Source: Eledone cirrhosa
Lineage: Eukaryota
Assembly: GCA_964016885.1 (NCBI GenBank)
Contig: OZ024741.1
Span: forward strand, 264,244,001 to 264,308,000
Direction of reading: 5' to 3'
DNA length: 64,000 nucleotides
Both the position numbers and the translations under genes were made by a program. Each line of letters opens with the position of its first letter. Position 1 is the first letter of the stretch. Shown here one piece after another: positions 1 to 14,600 of the stretch. Below the pieces are notes generated by a model. The model was not told the DNA's origin and did not search any database. It saw nothing but the letters and a program-made list of their open reading frames with translations.

Positions 1-329
1 TTCATGTTTCCAGAAAAATTGACTTGATTTCCGCCATTTTATGTGCTGTTACGTTTGCTTGTCATCCCTTCAACTGCCAGATGTTTCATGTTTGCTGCTG
101 GTGTATGATGACATATTTTGAATATTGTTTCTTAGCTTTGGTTGTTTCATGGCACTTTTCATATATATAATGTAGCCTTACTGGTTGTGTGATTATGTGA
201 GCGAAACATTACGTAGCCATGATCGCCATTGAAATATTGAAATATGTATCACAGCTTTATGTATAAAGGAATTATGAACATCTGCCTCGGACCTTTGCAA
301 TTATACATATTGTATACACACACACACAT

Positions 330-365
<36 letters not shown>

Positions 366-519
366 TTAAGTTAACGAGGTATCGTTTAAGGCAATCCAAG
401 TAAAGGTTATGAGTATCCTGTATCGAGGATAGTTTTAACACAACAGCTTTAGTCGACAGTTTTAAAGCTGATTGATGGCTGCCATGTTGAAAAAAAAAAC
501 TTGTTCAATCCTAATCACC

Positions 520-1345
520 AGATTACGTACACACACATCTACACACACATCCACACACACAAAAACATACACAGACACACGCACACACGCATACATACGC
601 ACACACAGAGGCAGACACACACTCAGACAAAGACATACGCACACGTACAGGCACACACACACACGCACACGCGCGCACACAGACACACGCACACATTCAC
701 ACACACACACACACACATTCACACACACACAGACACAGACACACGCACACACACACAGACACACGCACACGTTCACACACTCACACACACACACATACAC
801 ACACATATATAAACACACACACATATACACATACATACATATACACGCATACATACATATACACGCATACATACACACACATATATAAACACACACACGC
901 ACATACACACATATACACACACATATACACACATATACACATACATACAAAGGCGTACATATACACACACATACAAATACATAAACATACATACATACAG
1001 TCACGTACACAGGCATAGATACATACGCATATACACATACATACGCACAAATATATACACATGTACACATGCATACACACACGTACACACATACACATGC
1101 ATACACATGCATACACGCACATACACATACACATACATGTATACACTCACAATGCATGCACACACATACATACACTCACATACTTACACACATACATACA
1201 CATATCTACACACACACATATATATATATACACGTATGTACACACACATACATACACACACATACATACACACATATATACACGTACATTCACACACATA
1301 TATATATACATATATATGTGTGTGGATGTACATATATATGTATAG
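520..1345. repeat. Degenerate (CA)n/(CATA)n low-complexity tract
   Basis: Directly visible; accounts for the His/Thr and Cys/Val pseudo-ORFs. Confidence 0.95.
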
Positions 1346-1564
1346 AGATTAGAGCAATCATCACGAGCGCTCTATCTCAAAATTATTTTTGAAAAGCATT
1401 AGAAATGCGCAACCGGTAAAAACTTAAAACTAAAACTGAACACTAACCAATACTTATTACTAATTTATACTTATTCCTAATTAAACTATTTTTCATTGGG
1501 AACAATTTGTCAGCATTTTCTTTTACCAATATATCACAACTCGTGTTTTACACCTCTATTCTTT

Positions 1565-1708
<144 letters not shown>

Positions 1709-1749
1709 TACACACACGCACGCACACATATATATATATATATATATAG

Positions 1750-2100
1750 AAAGATTTGAATGGATACAGTTTAGTTGAAAGGAATTTATTGACACGTGTT
1801 TCTATAACAGTTACATAACCTAAAACAGCTATCTACAAACTTTTAGTTATGCAGACATTCAATATTTCAATGTTATTGTTTACTGTCATTTCATCAGAAT
1901 AATATTACTGAGGACCTATTTAGTTTTTATAGAGAATATTAGGAGGAAGGGGTGAAGTTGTTAGAAGAATAGTTGAAGGAGTGGTTTTTCGATAGCAGTG
2001 AGAATTCTTGGTGGCAGTGATTAATTAGATTCCCATCTGTTGTTTTGACATTTTTTATAGAATATATTATTGGTTATTTTTCTAAATCTATAGAAGGATT
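1750..2100 (-). mobile_element. Penelope-like 3' terminal repeat (pLTR) with hammerhead-like core, probably belonging to the Naiad copy at 2853-4470
   Basis: Minus strand reads CTGATGA-aatg...catt-GAAATATT (about 1856-1903); homologous in opposite orientation to 21570-21905; lies 3' of the RT-GIY-YIG ORF. Confidence 0.7.
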
Positions 2101-2534
2101 AGAGATAGTAAAGATATGCGTGGTTGGTTTTGTGTTTGCACTTAACATTCAGACTTAAATTTTTCTTTCAAGTGTACGTATTCTTTCACCCACGCATTCA
2201 CACACAAATATATTTGCACACCTCTACAAAATACATATACTCACAATTCACATATTCATACTTACATATATATACACATGCATACACATATATATACACA
2301 CATGTATTCATGTACATACATACGCGCTCATGTGTATACATTTTCATACTCAACTTATCTTTATATATACACACGTATAGACACACACATATATACATAC
2401 ATACTCTAGTCCATGTGTACACACATACACATACATACACATCCATATACACATACATACATACACATATATACATACATATATACATATACATATATAT
2501 ACATACATATATATATATATATATATACACATAC

Positions 2535-2583
<49 letters not shown>

Positions 2584-2852
2584 AGCACTTTAATACATGA
2601 ATACACTTACATCTAACTATACACATCAAACATATATATATATTTACTTATTTATATACATTTTCACATATATATACATACTTATGGACGTTTTTAGACA
2701 CATTCATTATCGCATATTTGTACCTATTCTCATCAGCATATCTTTTCATTATTAGTATGGTAATTTAAGGTTATTAATATATGTTGAAAAGAGATTGTTT
2801 TTATATTTTTCTAACTAGATTAAGGTTTATATAGTTGGGGGATGTCCCTCTT

Positions 2853-4470
2853 TTATGTAATATTCGGCTTGTAGTGGGAAAAAAGGGTTTTAGTTCTGTG
2901 ACGGCAGAATAATGTTCGTTCAATTCTGTTATTCAGCAGTTTCTTCTTGTGTGTGATTATGTAATAAATCTCAAGATTACACAATTTGCAGAAATTTTGG
3001 CTCCTGGAAAAGCTTTGGGTTTTAGCTAATTTTTCCCATTTTAGGGTAAACTTTTGATTGCTATCCCTGAGCGTCCAAGCTTTCTCTGCTAAAGTTGTTA
3101 CATTTCTTTGGCTCTGGTGTTTTATTGAGTAAGAATGCCTATACAATCGAGATTTAAACGATGTTGCCGTTGATCCCACGTAATACCACTCGTTGCCTCC
3201 GGATTTAATGGTACACTTATAAATAATATTTTTTTCCAGGCAGTTATTGCCGAGGGGGCAGTTGTCAGGATAGGTGCAGTTACAGTTGTGTACGTTGGGT
3301 TTTCTCTGGAGTAGTATTGCGGACGAACTTAGGTGTGGTTTATTTATGTTCTGTAGTGTATTGTCTACTGTTTTTTTGGGGTTCTTTGTACTTAAGTTCT
3401 TAGTGTTTTCGTTTAACCTTCTAGTATTGATCTTTTTTATGTGTTGTTCAAGGTTTAACGCTGTAGAGTATGACAGTCTTATAGTGGTAGGGTTTAGGAT
3501 TTTGTGGTATTTGTGTGATGTGGGAAAATGTCTTTTAATTATTTTAAAGAAGAGTACTGGTAAATTTGTACTAATGGAGCTATTGTATTCGGGGTTATAC
3601 CATAAGTACTCTTTGCATCGCTTTCTATTAGTTTTGTTTGTTGGTTTACTGGTGTGCATACTATGGTAGTAAGTGTGGTTTGGTGTTGTGTTATTATATC
3701 TACCTATGTGGGATTTATTTTGGGTGTTTTGATTGTTCCCATCTATGTACTCTATTTTGTTGAGGTAGCCTGCTTTACTAAGGGCGTTATCGTAGTACTC
3801 GGCGTGTTCCTTAAATACTTGTATGTTAGAAGATAGACCCGAGATTCTAAGGGAAATATTTTTAGGGATAGATTTAATTATAGAGATGGGGTGGTTAGAC
3901 CCAACATTTACGTATTTGAGATTTTCATTCAATTTATGAAACGGTTTAATCAAACCAGAGTTTAAATTGAGTGTGACATCCAGGAAGTTAACTACTTTAA
4001 GGTTGTATTCATATGTTATAGTTAGTCCTATTTCGAGTAGTAGTTTTCTTATATCTTTGCGTAGTTTTTCTAGTTTTTGGTTATTAAGGTTTTTAGCTAG
4101 GAGGAGAACATCGTCGCGGTATATTCCGCCGTGGAGATTGCTGAATTTTTCCTGGAGTCTAAAGGCGATAAATAACCCCACAATATCAGTTATTTCCGCC
4201 GAATCGTTAGAGCCCATTGTTATGTCAAAGTTAGAGGGTCTATCTTTACGTACCCAATAACTGTTCTCAAATTTGACTATAGTTTTCCTAGCTTCTAATA
4301 TAATCTTAATTTCATCGTTTGTAAGGTCGGAGTTATCCTTAGCAAACTTAATGGCTCTATTCAAAGTTTCAGGTGATATCGATGAGTAATATTCATCGAT
4401 ATCAAACTGGATAAACTTAGATTTATTCTTATTGCTAATGCTATTAAACCATCTTATTGCTTCTTGGGTC
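2853..4470 (-). mobile_element. 5'-truncated Penelope-like element (Naiad-type), uninterrupted RT + C-terminal GIY-YIG endonuclease frame
   Basis: RT motifs QFDIDEYYSSI, FDITMGSNDSAE, GGIYRDD, NFLDVTL, SNHP; endonuclease CNC-x4-CPL, IIYKC...YYVGST...FKSR, CKLCNLE, LLN.R.E, CRH; the 5' junction abuts (TA)n and the first ~33 aa of the track ORF are microsatellite. Confidence 0.92.
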
Positions 4471-5559
4471 TTATATGCATATATATATATACATATATAT
4501 GTATATATATATATATGCATATATATATATATACATATATACAATATATATATATATATATTAAAATACAAATATTAATAAAATAGATGTTCTTTTTATC
4601 AATTACATTTTATCAATTACATTTATTTCAGATGTACAACAGTACGTCTTCATCAGACAAAATATAATGATACATGACATACCCTGAGATGTTAAATGGT
4701 TAAGATTTAATCAATATATATATATATTTATTAGGTATAGGATTATCCTGGATGCAGTAATGATTAATTACTACACTGGTTAGAGTTGACATACGGTGAG
4801 GGGTTACTCAACGAGTTGTGGAAGAATAGTTGAAGAAACTCAGTTCCTGATCCTTCTGTATTCCGGAGTGTAGATAAAGAATGAATAATAACAGGTAGAC
4901 ATCATAAAAAGGTAATTTATTCTGTGTGCTTACAAATGTTTCCACGGTGGTTATACAGCCTAGTTATGCTATGTGCAAATTAATAACTATTTGCAAAACT
5001 CAATTATCAAATGCTGTGACCAGAGCAGAATGGTTAAAATGTAAAATGTAAATACCCTTAAGTGAGGTTATTGGGGAAAGATAGAGTAGAAAAGGAAGAG
5101 AGAAAGAAGAGGAGAGGGAGAGAGAGAGGGAAGGAGTGATATGCAGGGGTTGGAGAAATAGGAGAGAGTGGTTTGTAGAATACAGATATCTTAATCAAAA
5201 TGTTGTGGTAGGGATTTTATTATACTGGTTACTCTTAAAGCGACAACCTTAAGCGATGCGTTGATAGTTAAAGTTGGGATTATTTATTGCCACAGAGGGC
5301 AGGTTCATAGATGTGGAGAGGAAGGGAGGTGGACCGAGGGCGAGAGAGCGAGAGAGAGAAAGGGAGATAGAGATAGAGAGAGAGAGAGAGGGGAATGGAG
5401 AGAGAGGGAGAGATAGAGAGGGGACAGACGAAAGCTATGGGATGGGTGTATATTGAGTTCATAGTTGTAGGCTAAAAATTGCACTAAGTTTCCATTTATA
5501 GTGATACGCAGGGTATTGTCTTGTAGTGTGGGGGAAGAGAAAGTGGTTAGCTAGAAAGC

Positions 5560-6300
5560 AATCTTATAGTTACGGGTTCGAATGTTGTTATTTTATAGTG
5601 AGAGAACTTAGCCCTCAGTTTGTGGTTGCAGAATAATTATCGTTCGATTCTATCATTTAGTAATTTATTTTTGGATTTGAAGATGTAAAAGAGTTCAAGG
5701 TTACATAATCCACTAGCGCTGGAAAGTATATCCCATTTCAAGGTGAACTGTTGGTTGCGTTCACGGAGTTGCCAGGTCTTGTTGGCGAGCGTGGTCACAA
5801 AACGGTGATTAGGATGTTTAATTGAGAATTGATGACGATACCAGCGAGATTTAAAGGAGGTAGTGGTAGACATACCATGGATAGGTTGGGATAGCAGTAC
5901 AGGTGGGTTGTGTAATACCCGTCTCCCATTTAGTGGTTGGGAGGCTGATACTACGTTATGCTCATCTGTTATTAAAATATTTTGTTTTGTAGTGTTGTTT
6001 AATTAATTGCTTTAAGTTATGTTTTTTTTATGTATGCTTCAAGGTTTGGTGCAGTGGAGTATGATAGTTTAATAGTTTTAGAGTTCAGAATTTTACTGTA
6101 TTTATGGGAACTAGGGAAATGCTTGTTGATTAACTTAAAGAATGAAAGAGATAGTTTTGTACGAATCGAAGCATTAAAAATGGGATTATACCAGATATAC
6201 TTTCTACAACGTGATTTATTTGGTGATGATTTTCTATTATTAGTATGTCTGGTGGTACTGCGTGTGTGCGCTTGCATTTCTGTACCCCGGTTACGTATTC
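5560..6300 (-). pseudogene. Decayed second Naiad-type fragment (thumb/linker + GIY-YIG)
   Basis: KYIWYNPIFN...KHFPSSHKYSKILN..TIKLSYSTAPNLE and FKSRWYRH..TTLA..W..LKWDIL..LCNLE, paralogous to 2853-4470; stops and frameshifts. Confidence 0.88.
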
Positions 6301-6842
6301 TTTGATTTCGTGTAGAGCTATGTGTGTTATGGAGATTCTTATCAACGTATTCTATTGTATCCCGGTGGTCGGCATGCTATGTTGTGGTCCAGGTGCGTTG
6401 GTATATATCATGTATGAAACAGATGCAATACCTTGCCTACTGGATCTGAAAACTCTTCATCAATGGCCGCCTTCTCTTACATTTTTCAGATAGCCGCCTT
6501 CTCTTACATTTTTCTTATCACATTGATATCAAGTGAGTAGCTGATTTCTACAACAGAGCATGTTTTTAATGTGTGGTGAGGTCCCAAAGATCAATATTAG
6601 GTCGGTTGTGGTTTAATTTGGTGGTGGTTTGTATTTTCAGGTTCCACCAGTATTTCTTTCAGTCAGCAGTCTCAACATATTCCTACTTATCTGATTTCAT
6701 TTTCCTCTTCCGTACATTCAAGTTACATAGTAATGAAACTGCTTGAATTTTTAACACGACACAAACCTACATAGATGAATATAGGCGTACTTCTACTTAA
6801 CCACAAATACATTCACAAATATGTGGAGGCTAACCAGAGTAA

Positions 6843-7003
6843 ATAAAGTACTTAATACATGTGTAGAGTGAAGACAGAAGTTTATATAGGAAAGATTTTC
6901 TACAGGACTGGTACTGTTTCATTCGTATAAAATCACAATTCCTGATGATTTCATACGAATGAAACAGTGCTAATCCAGTAGAAAGCTTTTTTATATAAAC
7001 TTC
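6843..7003. mobile_element. Diverged palindromic hammerhead element (same family as 17262-17440 and 32052-32256)
   Basis: Arms about 6880-6935 and 6941-7003; CTGATGA-tttcatacgaat-GAAACAG at 6942-6967. Confidence 0.7.
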
Positions 7004-7053
7004 CATGAATATTTATATATATATATATCTGTGTGTGTGTGTGTGTGTGTGTG

Positions 7054-7158
<105 letters not shown>

Positions 7159-7259
7159 TATTGATAATGAATTAGATCATGCTAAAACAAACAGCAATGG
7201 CGCGAAAAGGAAAGTGGTACTTTCCTAGTATTTAGTATAATGTGTGTGTGTGTGTGTTA

Positions 7260-7674
7260 GGGGAGAGGGTGAGAGAGAGGGTGAGAGAGGGAGAGAGTGA
7301 GAGACAGTGAGAGGGAGACAGTGAGAGAGTGGGAGGGAGAGAGAGAGAGGGAGAGAGAGGGAGAGTGTGAGAGACAGTGAAAAGAGAGAGAGTGAGAGAG
7401 AGAGAGAGATAGATAGTGAGAGACAGTGAAAGAGAGAGAGTGAAAGAGAGAGAGAGAGAGTGAGAGACAGTGAGAGATAGGGAGAAAGAGGAAGAGAGTG
7501 AGAGACAGTGAAAGAGAGAGAGAGAGAGTGAAAGAGAGAGAGAGTGAGAGGCAGTGACAGATAGGGAGAGAGAGAGAGAGAGAGAGAGAGTGAGAGAGAG
7601 GGAGAAAGAGGAAGAGAGTGAGAGACAGTGAAAGAGAGAGAGAGAGTGAAAGAGAGAGAGAGTGAGAGGCAGTG

Positions 7675-7715
<41 letters not shown>
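7260..7715. repeat. (GA)n-derived minisatellite
   Basis: Recurrent gagtgagagacagtgaaagaga units. Confidence 0.95.
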
Positions 7716-7717
<2 letters not shown>

Positions 7718-7839
7718 TTGGCCACAAGACAAGGAGTACGTCCCAAAAAATAAGTATTTGTACAAATATATATATATGTGTATGTTTGTATTTATGAGGG
7801 AAAGTATAAATGTGGTGTGATTATGCTGTGTAAATGAGT

Positions 7840-9400
7840 GCTTGCATGTGTGCATGTGTGTATATGTGCGTGTGTTTATGCTAAGTGTAAATATGTGCCT
7901 GTGTGTGTGTGTGTGTGTATGTGTGCATGTGTGTATATGTGCCTGTGTTTATGAAAGTGTAAATATGTGCCTGTGTGTGTGTGTGTGTGTATGTGTGCAT
8001 GTGTGTATATGTGCCTGTGTTTATGAAAGTGTAAATATGTGCCGGTGTGTGTGTGTACGTGTGTGTATGTGCGTGTGTTTATGCTAAGTGTAAATATGTG
8101 CCTGTGTGTGTGTGTGCCTGTGTTTATGCTAAGTGTAAATATGGGCCTGTGTGTGTGTGTACGTGTGTTTATGCTAAGTGTAAATATGTGCCTGCGTGTG
8201 TATGTGTGTATGTTTGCATGTGTGTATATGTGCCTGTGTTTATGAAAGTGTAAATATGTGCCTGTGTGTGTGTGTACGTGTGTATATGTGCGTGTGTTTA
8301 TGCTAAGTGTAAATATGTGCCTGTGTGTGTGTGTGCATGTGTGCATGTGTGTATATGTGCGTGTGTTTATGCTAAGTGTAAATATGTGCCTGTGTGTGTG
8401 TGTGTGTACGTGTGTATATGTGCGTGTGTTTATGCTAAGTGTAAATATGTGCCTGTGTGTGTGTGTGCATGTGTGCATGTGTGTATATGTGCGTGTGTTT
8501 ATGCTAAGTGTAAATATGTGCCTGTGTGTGTGTGTGTGTACGTGTGTAAATGTGCGTGTGTTTATGCTAAGTGTAAATATGTGCCTGTGTGTGTGTGTGT
8601 GTATGTGAGCATGTGTGTATATGTGCGTGTGTTTATGCAAGTGTAAATATGTGCATGTGTGTGTGTGTACGTGTGTGTATGTGCGTGTGTTTATGCTAAG
8701 TGTAAATATGTGCCTGTGTGTGTGTGTGTGTATATGTGTACGTGTGTATATGTGCGTGTGTTTATGCAAGCGTAAATATGTGCCTGTGTGTGTGTGTGTA
8801 CGTGTGTATATGTGCGTGTGTTTATGCTAAGTGTATATATGTGCCTGTGTGTGTGTGTGTGTATGTGTGTACGTGTGTATATGTGTGTGTGTTTATGCTA
8901 AGTGTAAATAATGTGTGTGTATGTGTGTACGTGTGTATATGTGCGTGTGTTTATGCTAAGTGTAAATATGTGCCTGTGTGTGTGTGTGTATGTGTGTACG
9001 TGTGTATATGTGCGTGTGTTTATGCTAAGTGTAAATATGTGCCTGTGTGTGTGTATGTGTGTACGTGTGTATATGTGCGTGTGTTTATGCTTAGTGTAAA
9101 TATGTGCCTGTGTGTGTGTGTGTGTGTGTGTGTGAGTGTGTGTGTGTGTGTGTGTGTATGTGTGTACGTGTGTATATGTGCGTGTGTTTATGCTAATTAT
9201 GCTAAGTGTAAATATGTGCCTGTGTGTGTGTGCGCATGTGTTTATACATTCATGGATGTATACTGTGTGCGTAAATATGTGTGTGTATGTGTGTATATGT
9301 GCGTGTGTTTATGCTATGTGTAAATAGGTGCTTATATGTATGCACGTGTGCTTATGTTCTGTGTAAATACGTGCTTGTATTTGTGCACGTGTGTATATGT
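7840..9400. repeat. Minisatellite of roughly 50-75 bp units built on (TG)n
   Basis: More than 20 copies of gtgtttatgctaagtgtaaatatgtgcctgtgtg. Confidence 0.95.
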
Positions 9401-9599
9401 GCATGTGTAGTTCCCGCCCACACACTCCTCTTCAGTGTATGTGTTTATGACGTCATTTTGTAATTTATTTTTATTCTGATCCATAATAAAAACATCACTC
9501 ATTCAATGACTCCATCGTTATTATATACATCTGCACAAACATCTACTCACGACATGTGTGTATATATAAATAATATAAGTATATGAGCTGGTACCTACG

Positions 9600-9712
<113 letters not shown>

Positions 9713-9938
9713 GTGTGTGTGTGTATATATATATATATAAACGGATAATTAGGTCAGAATACACACGCACACACATAGATATATATATATAAATACATTA
9801 TATATATTTATATATATATATATACAATACAAACACTTAGGTGTTTATCATATATTAATTCATATTAACTTGTATTTCACGGCTCAGAAATGCTTCTTTC
9901 TTTGAGCTAATTAATTGTAAATGACTCTAAATATATTA

Positions 9939-10009
<71 letters not shown>

Positions 10010-10011
<2 letters not shown>

Positions 10012-10850
10012 GAAAAATTGAACGGGAACAAAACAGAGAGGCAGTACAAACAAAGGTTTATTAATTTCACGCTCTTGAGAGTGGGGTGGCGGTGGGGAAC
10101 GACGTTTCGGGCATAAGCCCTTCTTCAGGTGAAAAGTGTGTGGGAAGAGAGTTCAAAGGGTGTTTAGGGCAGTGGTGGAGAGACATATAGCAAAAAGGGG
10201 GTGAGAGGAAATGGTGCAAATGAAATTAAAAATAAAGGCATGATCAAAATAAAATTAAAATGGGGTAAAACAGGTGGTGGAAGGGTGTGGGGCGTGTAGG
10301 GGTGGTGGCGGGTAGAGTGGGGAGAGGGAGACGGGATGTCCGAGCGGGGAGGGCTGAAGGTGGTGTGTGTGTGTGTGTGTGTATGTGAAAGCAAGGGTTG
10401 GAGGAAGAACGGGGTTGCATGTTCAGGAAGAGGTATGTGTGGGGTGGGGTGTAGGTCGGAGTATGTGTGCGTGTGTGGATAGAGGGGTGGGGGAGAGGAT
10501 TCCGGAGGCTGAATGTGTAAATATGTGGTGGTACGCACGTGTGTGTGTGGTGTTTATGCGTGTTGTAGATGTAGATGGCGTGTGGGAAAAAAATTGTTTT
10601 TGGGTGTGTGGGGTGAGTCATAAAGGTAATTCCGTAAAAAGATGTGGTGGAATGCTTAGTAAAATCCTGGGATGCGGTGGATTCTCGGGATCAAGGTTCA
10701 CATATGTGTAATCCGTGAAGAGATTGGTCGGAAGAGGGGAGATGTGGGGTGCGCGCGCAACAGGAAGTGGTCAGAGGGTCAAGGTAGGAGGAGTGTTGTG
10801 TGTCTGTGTGTGCGGGGAGGTGGTCAGAGGGCATAGCAGCAGTAGGGTAG
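10010..10850 (-). mobile_element. Penelope-derived non-coding remnant with hammerhead-like core; paralogue of 17465-18350
   Basis: Minus strand CTGAAGA-a-gggc-ttat-gccc-GAAACGTC at 10101-10128; long colinear similarity with 17465 onward. Confidence 0.7.
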
Positions 10851-10859
10851 AATGGTAAA

Positions 10860-11576
10860 TCGAAAATGCAACTATATATATTTATTTGGTTCCTTTACCG
10901 GTTTCGCAGTTCTTCTGCTTTTCAAAAGTAGAGTTGAGATAGGCGTCTGTGTTTTTTCTCACATCTGGTTGGTCTCTGAATGTTACTTGTTTTATATGGA
11001 AAAAAGTGGCTCGAAACGCCAGGTTTTTAGAGAAGTAATTTGATTGGTTGGTCAATAAGTATAATAAATTTCGCGCCAGTTCGCGTTACAAAGTTCTTCA
11101 AACAAGGGGGGGGGGCCTCAGGTTGTTTTTTCATATATGAGTGTTTGAATTACTTTTTACTTAAAAAAAGGGGGCTCACGAAGGCTTTTTTTTTTTAAAT
11201 GTAATTTGATTGGTTATAAATGAAATTATAGTTGTCACGTGAACAAGTTCATTAAAATATCGCACCCGTAGTTGGGAATTTATTTTGTAGCCTTTTACAG
11301 AATTTTATAAAAAAATAAGTGGCTCCCGAAGGCTTTTTTTAAAAAATGCAATTTGATTGGTTATAAATGAAATTATGACTGTCACGTGAACAAGTTCCGT
11401 GCCCGTATTTGGGAATTTCTTTTGTAGCCATTTAGAGAATTTTATGACAAGCAAAAGAATGGTCAAGAGAAATGGGATGGGAGAATTGTTCTGGTTTAGT
11501 GAATATGGCTAGTTCGCTGGGGTGTCAGAGTTCAGATTTTCTATTGAAATAAAGAAAGTAGACATATGTATGTTTA

Positions 11577-11664
<88 letters not shown>

Positions 11665-14600
11665 GTGTGTGTGTTTGTGTTTGTGTATAGGAAGAGGATT
11701 CTATTGGTAGAAATGGGGGAGGGAGTTGTGTGTATATGGGTGTTATGTGTGTGTGGGAGTATGTTAAGATGGAGAGAATATATATATTTTGTGTGTGTGT
11801 GTGTGTGTGTAGGAAAGTGATTCTATTAGTAGAAATGGGGGAGGGAGTTGTGTGTGTGTGTGTGTGTATGGGTGTTATGTGTGTGTGGAAGTATGGTTAG
11901 CATGTTAAGATGAAGAGAATATATATTTTGTGTGTGTGTGTGTGTGTGTTTGTGTGTGTGTCTGTGTGTGTGTAGGAAAATGATTCGTTAGTAGGAATAT
12001 TTTTGAATGAACATATTTTCCTTATTCGTATTTGTTCTGTTGTATTGTCAGCGCAAAGGTAAAATGGGAAGACTTGGAATTTGGGTGTCTTATTACTTGC
12101 GCAAATGTCTAGATTTGCGCTTAGTGGTATCTGTCTCGTGGTTGGATCTCGTAATTGTTGGCGAGGAACTGTCATTCTATTTCTGAGTGTGAGTTTAGTT
12201 TGTCCTATATAATCTTCATTGCATCCTTTACATTTAATGGCATAAAGTAGATTTTTTGATGAGCAAGTGAAGTGACTTTTTACAGCAAAATTTTGTCCTG
12301 ATTTAAATGTATACGTGTTGCCTTCAATGAGGTGAGTGCAGGTTCCACAATTAGAGCGACCACATTTTTTGACAGTTGGTTGTGGGTTTGTGGTAGGTAA
12401 TTTGGCATTGGTGAGTAATGTTTTCAGTGATTTCGGTTGTCTTTTGCTTTTGATTATTTTGTGTTTCAAGGGATTTTTTCATTCTTGGGTTTTGTTTCAG
12501 TAGTGGGATGTTCTTGTGAATAGTGTTGTAAGCTTCCGCATTTCTTGGGTTGTGTGTTGAGATATATGATAGAATATTGGACGTACTTTGAATTTGTTTC
12601 TGTTTTCGTAATTCATCAATGCCTATTACTTTAGCCCTTTCTATTCCATTATTTATTAGTAATGGTGGGTACTGTCTTTCGAGTAGAATTTCCTTTAATT
12701 CTTGAAGTTTTTTATTTCGCGTTTCATAATTGGAGACAATTGCGCAAATTCTTCTTGCTAGGTTAAAAGGAATGTTCGTCTTCGTGTGCTTTGGGTGGTT
12801 GGAGGTGAATATCAGGTATTGTTTGGAATCTGTTGGTTTGTAGTGTATGTCAGTTTCAATATTTGTGTCTTTTTTTAAGATTAAGATGTCCAGAAATGGG
12901 AGTTGATCTTGGCTGTATTCCATTGTGAATTGGATGTGGTTATTGATGCCGTTTATTAAATTTTTGAAATCATTCAGTTGGTCGAGTGTGTGGGGCCAAA
13001 GAATGAGACAATCATCCAAGTAGCGTTTCCAATTCTCTGATAAATATTTGTGGAAGTTCAATCCGTATTTTGATTTGGACTGTTCATATATCTTGACTTC
13101 TAAGTATGCCATGACTAAGTTGGCATAAGTCGGAGCGGCTTTTGTACCCATCGCAGTCCCCGATATTTGCTTGTAAGTACTGCCATCGAAATCAAAAAAG
13201 TTGTCCTATAAGATAAATTTTAATCCCTCGGTGATGAAGCTTTTTTCTATTCTGTCAGGTATCTCATTGGGATATTTCTCTAGCCAGAATACTATTGCTT
13301 GTAGTCCGTATTGGTGTGGGATCGTTGTGTAGAGATTCACTACATCGAAAGACAATAATAGTATCGTTGTTGACATGTTAAGAGGTCCTGATCGTCTCTT
13401 ACAAGGCTTGGTATGTGTTTGAGAATTGGTTTTAGTAGTATGTCTATAAAGTTGCTCAGTCTGTGTGTTTAACATTGTGGGCCCGCTACAATTGGTCTTA
13501 ATTTAAGGTCTGTGGGGTATTGTGTGTTCACGCAGGCTGAGGTGGATTGTTTACAGGCATCGTTAATTATTTTACACTTGTAGATCTTCGGAAGTCCGTA
13601 AAGGTTGGTGGTTTTGTATTCAAAATGTGTTAAATTATCGCGTTCCTTTTTAGTTAAGTCTTCCTGGTATCGACAAAGCAGTGTGTTTAATCTGGTCATT
13701 GTTTTTGATTGCTGGTAGTTTTTACTCTTTCATAGTAATTAGTATTTTGTAAGAGAGAGAGCATAGAATTTTTATATTTTTCAGCATCCATGACAACAGT
13801 ACTTCCCTTGTCCGCTTCCTTAATTATAATGTCCGTATTGTTTTTTAGTTCGTAGAAAATCTCCCATTCCCTTCGACTCGTGTTGGGTTTGGGTTTAGGT
13901 TGCGGTAGTTCATGGTATGGGAAAGTGGCTATGTGGTCACAACATTTGTCCAGAACTCTGTTTCTACCTTTTGTTGGGTTGTAGCTGCTTTTATTCTGTA
14001 CAATTGATTCGTCGTTATTCTCCTTGTCAAAGAATTCCTCTGTGAGACGTAATTTTCTACAGAAGTGTGAGATATCGTCATTTATCTCATTGGGGTTAGA
14101 GTATTGTGGTGTTGGTGTGAATTTCAGTCCTTTGGAGAGAATTTTTACTTGTTGGGCTGAGAGGTTTGTATTTGAAAGGTTGATTATTTTCGGTTTTTCA
14201 AAATCGGTATGTGCCACCGGGTGTCATGGGTCCTGTAGCCTTGGTCTAAAATATGATTTTTCTGGAATGTTTTTTCAATGGTATTATTATATCTAATGGT
14301 ATTTCCCCTGTTGTTGTGTGGTCTTGTATAGAAGTTTCGGACGTATTGAGGTTCGGTTTGTTGATATTCCGGGTTGTAGATTTTGTTCCTTTGTGTGAGT
14401 TGGGATCTACGATTTTGGAACAGGCTCTGTGTGGGCAGGGGTCTACGGTTTTGGAATAGGTTTTGTGTGGGTTGTGATCTGCGGATCGGGTCCTGTCTTG
14501 TGTTGGGGGATCTTCGGTTTTTGTTAGTTGGGTTATGGTTTTGTCTGTGGGTTCTGGGATTATCGTTATAGTTTTGCTGGGCGTATGTTGACGTTTTGTT

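Noticed and set aside
7840-9400. CRISPR-like repeat-spacer appearance (also 35930-37230)
   Set aside because: Spacers are microsatellite and not unique, there are no cas genes, and the context is eukaryotic
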